Notes under the pieces: generated by a model | Databases searched by the model: none | What the model saw: only the letters and a program-made list of their open reading frames with translations | What the model was told of the DNA's origin: nothing | Shown: positions 30,001 through 40,585 of the stretch, in pieces | Layout: each line of letters begins with the position of its first letter | Position numbering within the stretch: position 1 is the stretch's first letter | Source of the DNA: Eledone cirrhosa | Taxonomy: Eukaryota | Direction of reading: 5' to 3' | DNA: 64,000 nt | Assembly (NCBI GenBank): GCA_964016885.1 | Contig: OZ024740.1 | Location: 417,942,001 to 418,006,000 of the forward strand | Position numbers and translations under genes: made by a program

Positions 30001-33000
30001 GAAAGAGGTGGAGGTGTCTACAGCCCTGACATGACCAACACCATAGAAAGAGGTCGTGTCTACAATCCTGACATGACCAACACCATAGAAAGACGTGGAT
30101 GTGTCTACATCCCCGACATGACCAACACCATAGAAAGATGTGGAGGTGTCTACAATCATGACATGACCAACACCATAGAAAGAGGTGGAGGTGTCTACAA
30201 TCCCGACATGACCAACACCATAGAAAGAGGTTGAGGTGTATACAATCCTGACATGACCAACACCATAGAAAGAGGTGGAGGTGTCTACAATCCCGACATG
30301 ACCAACACCATAGAAAGAGGTTGAGGTGTATACAATCCCGACATGACCAACACCATAGAAAGAGGTGGAGGTGTCTACAATCCTGACATGACCAACACCA
30401 TAGAAAGAGGTGGAGATTGTCTACATCCCTGACATGACCAACACCATAGAAAGAGGTGGAGGTGTCTACATCCCCGACATGACCAACACCATAGAAAGAG
30501 GTGGAGGTGTCTACAATCCTGACTTGACCAACACCATAGAAAGAGGTGGAGGTGTCTACAATCCTGACATGACCAACACCATAGAAAGAGGTGGAGGTGT
30601 CTACATTCCTGACATGACCAACACCATAGAAAGAGGTGGAGGTGTCTACATCCCTGACATGACCAACACCATAGAAAGAGGTGGAGGTGTCTACATCCCC
30701 GACATGACCAACACCATAGAAAGAGGTGGAGATGTCTACATCCCTGACATGACCAACACCATAGAAAGAGGTGGAGGTGTCTACATCCCCGACATGACCA
30801 ACACCATAGAAAGAGGTGGAGGTGTCTACAATCCTGACATGACCAACACCATAAAAGAGGTGGATGTGTCTATATCCCTGACATGACCAACACCATAGAA
30901 AGAGGTGGAGATTGTCTACATCCCTGACATGACCAACACCATAGAAAGAGGTGGAGGTGTCTACATCCCCGACATGACCAACACCATAGAAAGAGGTGGA
31001 GGTGTCTACAATCCTGACATGACCAACACCATAGAAAGAGGTGGAGGTGTCTACAATCCTGACATGACCAACACCATAGAAAGAGGTGGAGGTGTCTACA
31101 ATCCTGACATCACCAACACCATAGAAAGAGGTGGAGGTGTCTACATCCCTGACATGACCAACACCATAGAAAGAGGTGGAGATGTCTACATCCCTGACAT
31201 GACCAACACCATAGAAAGAGGTGGAGGTGTCTACATCCCCGACATGACCCACACCATAGAAAGAGGTGGAGGTGTCTACAATCCTGACATGACCAACACC
31301 ATAGAAAGAGGTGGAGGTGTCTACAATCCTGACATGACCAACACCATAGAAAGAGGTGGAGGTGTCTACAATCCTGACATGACCAACACCATAGAAAGAG
31401 GTGGAGGTGTCTACATCCCTGACATGACCAACACCATAGAAAGAGGTGGAGGTGTCTACATCCCTGACATGACCAACACCATAGAAAGAGGTGGAGATGT
31501 CTACATCCCTGACATGACCAACACCATAGAAAGAGTTGGAGGTGTCTACATCCCCGACATGACCAACACCATAGAAAGAGGTGGAGGTGTCTACAATCCT
31601 GACATGACCAACACCATAGAAACAGGTGGAGGTGTCTACATCCCTGACATGACCAACACCATAGAAAGAGGTGGAGATGTCTACATCCCTGACATGACCA
31701 ACACCATAGAAATAGGTGGAGGTGTCTACATCCCCGACATGACCAACACCATAGAAAGAGGTGGAGGTGTCTACAATCCTGACATGACCAACACCATAGA
31801 AACAGGTGGAGGTGTCTACATCCCTGACATGACCAACACCATAGAAAGTGGTGGAGATGTCTACATCCCTGACATGACCCACACCATAGAAAGAGGTGGA
31901 GGTGTCTACATCCCTGACATGACCAACACCATAGAAAGAGGTGGAGGTGTCTACATCACCGACATGACCCACACCATAGAAAGAGGTGGAGGTGTCTACA
32001 ATCCTGACATGACCAACACCATAGAAAGAGGTGGAGGTGTCTACATCCCTGACATGACCAACACCATAGAAAGAGGTTGAGGTGTATACAATCCTGACAT
32101 GACCAACACCATAGAAAGAGGTGGAGGTGTCTACAATCCCGACATGACCAACACCATAGAAAGAGGTTGAGGTGTATACAATCCCGACATGACCAACACC
32201 ATAGAAAGAGGTGGAGGTGTCTACAGCCCTGACATGACCAACACCATAGAAAGAGGTGGTGTCTACAATCCTGACATGACCAACACCATAGAAAGACGTG
32301 GATGTGTCTACATCCCCGACATGACCAACACCATAGAAAGATGTGGAGGTGTCTACAATCATGACATGACCAACACCATAGAAAGAGGTGGAGGTGTCTA
32401 CAATCCCGACATGACCAACACCATAGAAAGAGGTTGAGGTGTATACAATCCTGACATGACCAACACCATAGAAAGAGGTGGAGGTGTCTACAATCCCGAC
32501 ATGACCAACACCATAGAAAGAGGTTGAGGTGTATACAATCCCGACATGACCAACACCATAGAAAGAGGTGGAGGTGTCTACAATCCTGACATGACCAACA
32601 CCATAGAAAGAGGTGAACGTGTCTACATCCCTGACATGACCAACACCATAGAAAGAGGTGGAGGTGTCTCCATCCCAGACATGACCAACACCATAGAAAG
32701 AGGTGGAGGTGTCTACATCCCTGACATGACCAACACCATAGAAAGTGGTGGAGGTGTCTACATCCCTGACATGACCAACACCATAGAAAGAGGTGGAGGT
32801 GTCTACAATCCTGACATGAGCAACACCATAGAAAGAGGTGGAGGTGTCTACATCCCTGACATGACCAACACCATAGAAAGAGGTGGAGGTGTCTACATCC
32901 CCGACATGACCAACACCATAGAAAGAGGTGGAGGTGTCTACATCCCTGACATGACCAACACCATAGAAAGAGGTGGAAATGTCTACATCCCTGACATGAC

Positions 33001-33251
33001 CAACACCATAGAAAGAGGTGGAGGTGTCTACATCCCCGACATGACCAACACCATAGAAAGAGGTGGAGGTGTCTACATCCCCGACATGACCAACACCATA
33101 GAAAGAGGTGGAGGTGTCTACAATCCTGACATGACCAACACCATAGAAAGAGGTGGAGGTGTCTACATCCCTGACATGACCAACACCATAGAAAGAGGTG
33201 GAGGTGTCTACAATCCTGACATGACCAACACCATAGAAAGAGGTGGATGTC
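1..33251. repeat. 45-bp tandem satellite array, about 740 units, truncated by the window start
   Basis: Uninterrupted head-to-tail consensus ATGACCAACACCATAGAAAGAGGTGGAGGTGTCTACATCCCTGAC with recurrent variants (ATC/AAT, CCT/CCC, GAC/TAC, GGT/TGT/GAT) and rare 1-3 bp indels. Ends at ...AGAGGTGGATGTC near 33251. Confidence 0.99.
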
Positions 33252-33320
33252 AACCAAGGAGGGATTCCTCCAACAGGAGTGAGAAGACCCTGGACTGGAC
33301 TGGACATTTACTATGTTATC

Positions 33321-33450
33321 GGGCATGTCTCAGTGGTTAGAGCATTGGGCTTGCAATCTAAAGGTTGTGAGTTCAATTCTCAGACCGGGTCATGTGTTGT
33401 TTCCTTGAGCAAGACACTTTATTTCACGTTGCTCCAGTTTACTCATGCTG
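33321..33450 (+). mobile_element. tRNA-derived SINE, 5' part (3'-truncated)
   Basis: Pol III A-box-like CTCAGTGGTTAGAGC (33329-33343) and B-box-like GAGTTCAATTC (33369-33379), followed by a SINE core-type motif TCCTTGAGCAAGACACTTTATTTCAC. Confidence 0.8.
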
Positions 33451-34253
33451 ATAAGATTGTGTACATAGATAATGATAAACAAACTAAACAAAGTAACAAC
33501 TTTTTTAATTACGGCAATAACATTAACAACTATAATAGAAAGCATTACAATAATTCCAAAGGACAAAAAAGAAATAGAACTAGGAACATAATTTGGTTTG
33601 CCCCCCCTTTCTCACTAAACATTAAAACCCACATCGCTAAATTATTTTTCAAAGCTCTTGATAATCGCTTCCCTAGAACACATAGGTACCACTCAATCTT
33701 CAATAGGCATACAATTAAATTAACCTACTCATCCACCAAAAATTTAGCACAAAATATTAATAGAATAAATAATAGGAACTTAAAACCTACTGATAATAGC
33801 ATAAATAATATACAAGTTAACAAATGTAACTGTAGAGATAGATCTAAATGTCCGTTAAATAACAACTGCTTAGTTAAAAATATAGTATACAATTGTAATG
33901 TTAATACTGACTCTAATTCTTTTAACTACGTCGGTTCCACATCGACGGAATTTAAACTTCGCTATAATAACCACAAGAATTCTTTCACAGATCCAAATAA
34001 AAAATCTTCAACGGCACTATCAGGGGTACTCTGGCAACTTAAGCTAGATAACGTTAGATATTCGACGGCTTGGAATATAGTCTCAAGAGGGATTCCTTTT
34101 AATTCATCCTCTGAGACATGTGACCTCTGCGCAGAGGAGATATTCTTTATACTAAAATCTAAAAATTCCCTTAACCTACGGACAAATTTATTCAGTTGTT
34201 GCAAACATAGATTAAACTCAACGTTTAAATATAAATTTAAATTTAAAATGTAG
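33451..34253 (+). pseudogene. C-terminal part of a Penelope-like ORF: Cys-rich linker and GIY-YIG endonuclease; RT core missing
   Basis: RNIIWFAPPFS...FNRHTIKLTYS, the Cys cluster KCNCRDRSKCPLNNNC, the GIY-YIG-like NIVY...YVGST...FKLRYNNH, CDLC.EE and terminal LN.R...CKH. Frame is open to TAG at 34251-34253. Confidence 0.88.
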
Positions 34254-35380
34254 TATATTTAGTTTGATTTATATTTATATGAGAACTAGCCGATAAATCT
34301 TTTGATTCCTAAATCTTTGATTCCCTCTTTTTACTCTTTTTTACTCTTTTTATTGTTTATTTTATTTTATTTATTTTTATTTTTATTTTTATTTTTATTT
34401 TTATTTTTATCTAAACATTCCTCATGAAAAATTAAGCTACCCTAAAAGCCGATGCTCCAAATTTTTTGAATTAACCTTACACTAGATAAACTTATATATT
34501 AAATATTGGAACATATGTAGACATTATTGGACATCATAATCTTTTTTGCGATATTCCTTGCTAGATGTGATTTGATAGATAATTTTTGGCTTTGTCTTGT
34601 AATGAACTTGGCAATATATTGTCAATTAACTTTGAAGGGTTGTTCTTTGTGGTTTATTTTTATTTTTATTTTTATTTTTATTTTTATTTTTATTCTTTTA
34701 GTATTGTAGTATTCTATAATATTTTTATTTTTTATTTTATTTTATTTTTATTTTTAATATTTTTATATGTAAATTTTTATTTTTAATATTTTTATATGTA
34801 AATTTTTAATACGTAATATTTTTAATACGTAGTATTTTTAATATGCAATATTTTTATTATGTAATATTCTTTCGTAATATTTTTTTTAGTTTTCTATTCT
34901 ATATTTTTATATATTTTTACTTATTATCATTATTATTGTTATCTTTGTTTATAATATAATATATATTTTCGATTAGTATATTGAAATCTGCTCTCTATTT
35001 CTGCTTGATAGATAATCTTGTAGAGTAATCGCAAGAATAATAATACGCTCAAATTTTTATACCACATTGAGAATGTTTTCCGGTAACTTAGAATTTGCGG
35101 AGTGAATCAGTTGGATTCACATTGATGTTTTGTAGCTGTCACATAGACATATGAATTTTTTAAAAACTAAACATAAGATAATGAATTTTCACGCATTGTG
35201 AATACTTGTTTCATTCAGGAATACTGATATTTACAATATAGTGTAAGTTTTATAAATACTAATACATTAAAACATAGGGTTTTCTACGCCTCGAATATGT
35301 CTGGCTATTTTTTAATTTTTTTTCTCTCTCTATATCTCTCTATATCTCTCTATATATCTCCCTTACATTAATACTTGAGC

Positions 35381-35443
<63 letters not shown>

Positions 35444-35445
35444 AT
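35381..35445. repeat. (TAAA)n microsatellite
   Basis: About 16 perfect units. Confidence 0.95.
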
Positions 35446-35803
35446 GCATCATTGATACACTTACTCAAAATGACCTCCCACTACCTAATGTTCTATATAT
35501 ATATATGTATCTATCTCTATTTCCTCTCTCTCTATATATATATATATCTTTCTATCTCTTTACATGAAGCTCTTCGCTTTATCTATTTTTCCATCTCTCT
35601 ATTTTGTCCCATGCATTTCTTCTTTTTCTTTTTCTTCTTTTTCTTCCTTTTCTTCGTTTTGTCTTTCTCTCTTTCTTATTTCCCTCTTTTCTCTCTCTCT
35701 TTCTTTCTCTCTGTATTTTCACTGCTAGAGTAAACCTCTTCAAATGAAGTTGATGTTTATTACGGTATGTCGAATATATTTATCTATAAAACTGTTTATA
35801 TTG

Positions 35804-35869
35804 TATTTTGTCTGATGAAGGCATAGCATATTGTTAATATGATATCCCCGAAATATATATAATGAAATA
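35804..35869 (+). ncRNA. Type I hammerhead ribozyme motif (HHR-1)
   Basis: Stem I TATTTTGT/ATGAAATA (two G-U pairs); CTGATGA at 35812; imperfect stem II GGCATAGCATATT/AATATGATATCC; GAAA at 35850; minimal stem III T-ATAT-A; AUA cleavage triplet. Confidence 0.7.
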
Positions 35870-35997
35870 AATATGGTTTTATAAATATAGTTTTCCATTT
35901 ATTTAATATTGTAAATATACTCCAAATATTTGTCGAGTGCTTTTATATCAGTTATAAATATTTACTAGTTGTAACCCAACAATTTTAAATATAACTT

Positions 35998-36315
<318 letters not shown>

Positions 36316-36914
36316 TGGTGGCTGCCAACTCGTTTTCGAGTACGGCCACTACTTTATATGTAGGAGAACCCCTACCGATGCGTTGAACGAGTGTGAATTT
36401 TTAGTCCAGCCAGCGACTTGAAAACTCTGGTACAAACACTACACTTGTGACAATTATTGACAGTGCTGGGCCCATGGTACCATGTGACGACAAGTGCAGA
36501 GAGATCTCCAGATATAAAGCAATGCCTGTGCCGTGAAGCTTTTATAGTGAGCAAAGGCACTGCACAAAGCCTGTCCCACTCTCTTAACCAAGATGATATT
36601 TACCAAAAAGAAGAACAAGTCAACATCATTGGATACCATCAGGGTTGCAGGTGTTATATCAGAGTTTTCCTTCTCCTAGAATTCTGCCTTAACAAAGGTT
36701 AAGGGGTCATCTCTCCCGGTGATTTTTGGATGGCCATTGACTCTTAAGAGCTCCTTTGCCCTTTGACAGGTTTTGTTTTTAGTCCTGCAGGATGTCCAAA
36801 GTCACCCTCCTCACCAAGAAACCTTGGTGGGGTTGCCAGTTTAGTCGCCAACGACCCGACCATGAGACAGGTTGTACTGGGATACATGTTACCAGTAGCA
36901 CCAACTGGTGACCT
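36316..36914 (-). mobile_element. Short non-autonomous RTE-derived element (leader + zinc-finger remnant + RTE 3' end)
   Basis: Minus-strand [22 protein letters not shown] resembles the last finger of the RTE at 58.8 kb (CRLCARHFRSLAGLKSHIRS). Its 3' end TGGCCGTACTCGAAAACGAGTTGGCAGCCACCA matches that RTE's 3' end TGGCCATACTCGATAACGATGAGGCAGCCATCA (59248-59280) and runs into a microsatellite tail. The 5' boundary is approximate. Confidence 0.7.
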
Positions 36915-37540
36915 AAAAAAATGCAACCATTACTGTTGGAAGCTCCCGATAGTGGAGTTGTTTACTTATATTATTATTAGTATTGGATATTTTTAAAATA
37001 AGCCGTTGGGTTATAGAGAAAGAAAAAGAAAGAGAGAGAGAAAAAGAGAGAAAGAAAGAAAAAAGAAAAAAGAAAAAAGAAAAAAGAAAAAAGAAAAAAG
37101 AAAAGAGAGAAAAGAGAGAGAGATATTAAAACAACAGAGAGAGAAAGATATAGATAGATAGAGGAGACAGAGAGAAAGGGAGAGAACGAAGTCATATCTT
37201 GTTGAGTTAACTTAACAATTGAGATGAAATGAATAAATAAAATTAGAAATGTTAATAATCATGAATGGAATATACATATATACTACTAAAGAGTGGGAAA
37301 TTTCATTTCCCACTCTTAGTACGGCTGTTACTTAAATTTAAGTATGTATACGTACATACATATATGTATACAGACCACAGTAGTATATATATATATACAT
37401 ACATGCACACATATATATATGTACGTATGGATTCACCGAACATTTATTATAATACTCGGTGTGTTTGTAAACAAACATCCCGTATTAAGCTGTAGTGTCT
37501 AGCAACCATCGTTGCTCATTTGTTCAACACTGACAAAGGA

Positions 37541-37583
37541 ACGCTGTACTAGTTTCAAGCTTATTAGCTATCGTCAGCAACGT
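37541..37583 (-). ncRNA. Minimal type I hammerhead ribozyme (HHR-2, intact core)
   Basis: Minus strand reads ACGTTG-CTGACGA-T-AGCT-AATA-AGCT-T-GAAA-CTAG-TA-CAGCGT: 6-bp stem I, 4-bp stem II, palindromic CTAG stem III, GUA triplet. Confidence 0.85.
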
Positions 37584-37725
37584 ATACCTTCCTGCCAGAT
37601 GATTTATCGTTTTCGGTGCGCCCGGCCGATTAACTCACTCGATATGCAAATTAGGCTGCTCTGCCGTTAATATGCATAAGGAAAGTATATACTTTCAGAC
37701 GTTCAATCATCTGGCAGGAAGGTAT

Positions 37726-37768
37726 ACGTTGTTGACGATAGCTAATAAGCTTGAAACTAGTACAGCGT
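37726..37768 (+). ncRNA. Mirror copy of HHR-2 with mutated core (TTGACGA, C3>U)
   Basis: ACGTTG-TTGACGA-TAGCTAATAAGCTT-GAAA-CTAG-TA-CAGCGT; identical to HHR-2 except for the first core base. Confidence 0.7.
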
Positions 37769-37972
37769 TCCTTTGTCAGTGTTGAACAAATGAGCAACGA
37801 TGGTTGCTAGACACTACGGCTTAATTCGGGATGTTTGTTTACAAACACACCGAGCATTATAATAAATGTTCGGTGAATCCATACGTACCTATATATATAT
37901 ATGTGTGCATGTATGTATATATATATACATACTACTGTGGTCTGTATACATATATGTATGTACGTATACATA

Positions 37973-38069
<97 letters not shown>

Positions 38070-38263
38070 GTGTATATATATATATGTCCCCTTTATTTAC
38101 GTGTCCCAACGACTTTTTTTAGCCGTTGCTCGCACCAACCGGAGGTATATGGTCTTTAAAGCGATGAAATACCAATGATGGTTGGAAGATCACTGATGAA
38201 GGACTAACTTTATTCATATGTAACCCATTAGCAACCACGCAGCACGTTTATTCTCATATATAT

Positions 38264-38312
<49 letters not shown>

Positions 38313-38333
38313 ATATATATGTGTATATATATG

Positions 38334-38405
<72 letters not shown>

Positions 38406-38413
38406 TGTCTGTC

Positions 38414-38795
38414 GACACCTGGAATATAGCTTAAGAGAAATTTGACGATAATGATATGATAGGCACCCAATATTTTGAACTGGTCTATAGAATTCTCTAG
38501 GCCTTTGTCACTCTAAGTAGAACTTTAAAGAATTAGCTTTTAAAGAATTTCCCTTTTCTTTAAATCCATCAACCATGACTGACCCCCAACGATCTTATAG
38601 ACACCTGAAATATAGGCATTGTTAGCTTAAGAGAAACTTAAAAATAAGGAGTGGCACCCCATTCTGAACTTGTTTATAGAATTCTTTCTGCCTTTGTCAC
38701 TCTAGCCTTAAAGAATTAGCTTTTAATGAATTCCCTTTTCTTTCAACCAATGACCTCCACCCATCCCACTCCCCACCCTCTCCTACCACCTGAAA
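38414..38795 (+). repeat. Diverged 185-186-bp tandem direct repeat (two units plus start of a third)
   Basis: CACCTG recurs at 38416, 38602 and 38787. Units 1 and 2 share TAGCTTAAGAGAAA, GGCACCCAAT, GCCTTTGTCACTCTA and AAAGAATTAGCTTTTAA. Confidence 0.85.
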
Positions 38796-38831
38796 AGATA
38801 TAAATACCACAACATTTATTTTTGGAAAGCC

Positions 38832-38882
38832 AGATTCCTGATGATTTCTAAAGTATGAAACAGTTCTAGTCCTGTAGAATCT
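38832..38882 (+). ncRNA. Type I hammerhead ribozyme motif (HHR-3)
   Basis: AGATTC-CTGATGA-TTTCTAAAGTAT-GAAA-CAG-TTCTAGTC-CTG-TA-GAATCT: perfect 6-bp stem I, 3-bp stem III, GUA triplet, weak stem II. Confidence 0.8.
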
Positions 38883-38902
38883 CATCTATATTAAAATATA
38901 TT

Positions 38903-38993
<91 letters not shown>

Positions 38994-39114
38994 GGAGGTG
39001 TGCTTTATTGTAGCACGATAAAGCAATGCAAATATCAGATAAGTAGCACTCAACAGTTTATAGGACTGGAGTTTAAATAATATAAAATAAAAAGATGGTT
39101 AAAAGAGTTCCAGG

Positions 39115-39184
39115 TATTTTATTATCTGCATTTCAAAAACAAATATCATCATGGGATGATATTTGCGTTCTCATCAGATAAAAT
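39115..39184 (-). ncRNA. Type I hammerhead ribozyme motif (HHR-4)
   Basis: Minus strand reads TATTTAT-CTGATGA-GAACGCAAATATCATC-CCAT-GATGATATTTGTTTTT-GAAA-T-GCAG-A-TA-ATAAAATA: strong stem II, minimal stem III, AUA triplet. Confidence 0.75.
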
Positions 39185-39264
39185 AGGGAGACATGATATG
39201 AAGCTTAAAAAACACTTGCGAGCAGTGAAGTGTTAAATCAACATATATATATATATATATATTA

Positions 39265-40472
39265 CAGGGAAAAATGCGGGTGCATGTAAAGAAATATTCT
39301 TAAATTAATAAACCTAGAAAAGTAAAGGACAAGTTATTACACCTGGAAAAGTAAAGGACAAGAAAACTTCTTCTTAAAACTTCTTAAAATATTGCAGCTA
39401 TAGTATAAATTTGAATAATAAAAAATATTTGATTTAAATATACATAGAAAGTGATAAATTCTAATAATACAGTTGACTCTCTAATTGATAATAATACTAA
39501 TTTATGATCATTTATTTAATTTTGTGATCCTAATTTACACCATAGTGGTTGGGTCATTAAATAAATATACTTTATTTTACTTTACTAAATGGGACTGAAA
39601 AAATGAGTGACAATTATAAACATCAAATAAAACAAAATTTTAGCGTGTAAATGACACTAACAATTAATTAATAATTAATTAGGGAGCCAACTGTAATGAT
39701 AAATAATAACAAATTATAATTGTTTAATAATGAAATTTAAGACCTGTCAGAGATCAAAATAACCAATCTACATTTTTAGGTAGAGTAAAATTAGACTACA
39801 ATTAAAAATTAAACATTGTCTAATTCAACAGTTCATCTAATGAATTGATGAATTCACTATAATTGATTGATTCACTATAAATGAATAATTGATGAATTGA
39901 CTTTTACCTAATTTTGCCCCTTGAGATGTTGAATTTTACTATATTATAAAATAAAATCTGTAATACTCATAAAAAGTGCAATTATATGATGCACTGTTTT
40001 TGATTTATTTTACTGCATTATTTTATAACTAAATTTTTAAAAATATAATTTGATTAAGAGTGAAAATTTTTAAATATCTTATAACATAAATTAATAAATT
40101 GTACATATTAATTATTATTATTATTATTAATTAATTATTGTACAAATTATTGTACAAATTATTGTACAAATTTTATTTTAAAAAGATTAATTTGTATACA
40201 CCAAGAAAAAAATTAAGTATACAGTAGTCAACTCTCCCTATAAGACAGTCATTTTTCCAGTCCTTTAAAGAGATATTTTTTTAACAATTAACTTATAATT
40301 ATTTATTTTTAGTTTTATAATCTAAATTTTTTTTTTCAAATTTAGACTTTAGCTGCAATATTTTAAGAAGTTTTCTTGTCCTTTACTTTTCCAGGTGTAA
40401 TAACTTGTCCTTTACTTTTCTAGGTTTATTAATTTAAGAATATTTCTTCACATGCGCCCGCATTTTTCCCTG
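39265..40472. mobile_element. Non-autonomous DNA transposon (MITE, Tc1/mariner-like) with 125-135-bp TIRs
   Basis: TA|CAGGGAAAAATGCGGG...ATATTGCAGCTA (39265-39400) mirrors TAGCTGCAATAT...CCCGCATTTTTCCCTG|TA (40350-40472). TA on both flanks; AT-rich non-coding interior. Confidence 0.85.
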
Positions 40473-40585
40473 TAATCCACTTTTTTTCCAGGCAATGCAA
40501 GGATATTATATTAATATTAAAAATATTTATCAACAAATAAGTTAAATAAATAATACTGAATAGGAAGAAGTGCAGATAGGAAAAG

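Larger units (their letters stand above)
33451..35940 (+). mobile_element. Penelope-like retroelement (Neptune-type), 5'-truncated: thumb/linker + GIY-YIG endonuclease + AT-rich 3' region ending in a hammerhead
   Basis: Protein motifs as in the next feature. A hammerhead at 35804-35869 is typical of PLE pseudo-LTRs. The 3' boundary is approximate, and continuity of the AT-rich region with the ORF is inferred. Confidence 0.75.
37339..37976. repeat. Long inverted repeat (fold-back): arms 37339-37604 and 37705-37976, 100-bp spacer
   Basis: Arms are near-perfect reverse complements, e.g. ...CCTTCCTGCCAGATGATT / AATCATCTGGCAGGAAGG... and CAGACCACAGTAGTAT / ATACTACTGTGGTCTG. Confidence 0.97.

Noticed and set aside
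1-33251. CRISPR array or diversity-generating cassette
   Set aside because: No unique spacers; units are contiguous near-identical copies; eukaryotic context with no cas genes.
1-33251. Hammerhead within the satellite monomer (CTGACATGA...GAAA...GTC)
   Set aside because: The core would need a 2-nt insertion, and stems I-III cannot be formed.
22-33340. Giant repeat-protein genes (MTNTIERGGGVYIPD)n and antisense Cys/His-rich ORFs
   Set aside because: They follow from a 45-bp stop-free unit. Stops and frameshifts are freely propagated, and there are no unique N- or C-terminal domains.
38160-38240. CTGATGA at ~38193 as a further hammerhead
   Set aside because: No downstream GAAA or stems; the upstream GAAA does not give a valid type II fold.
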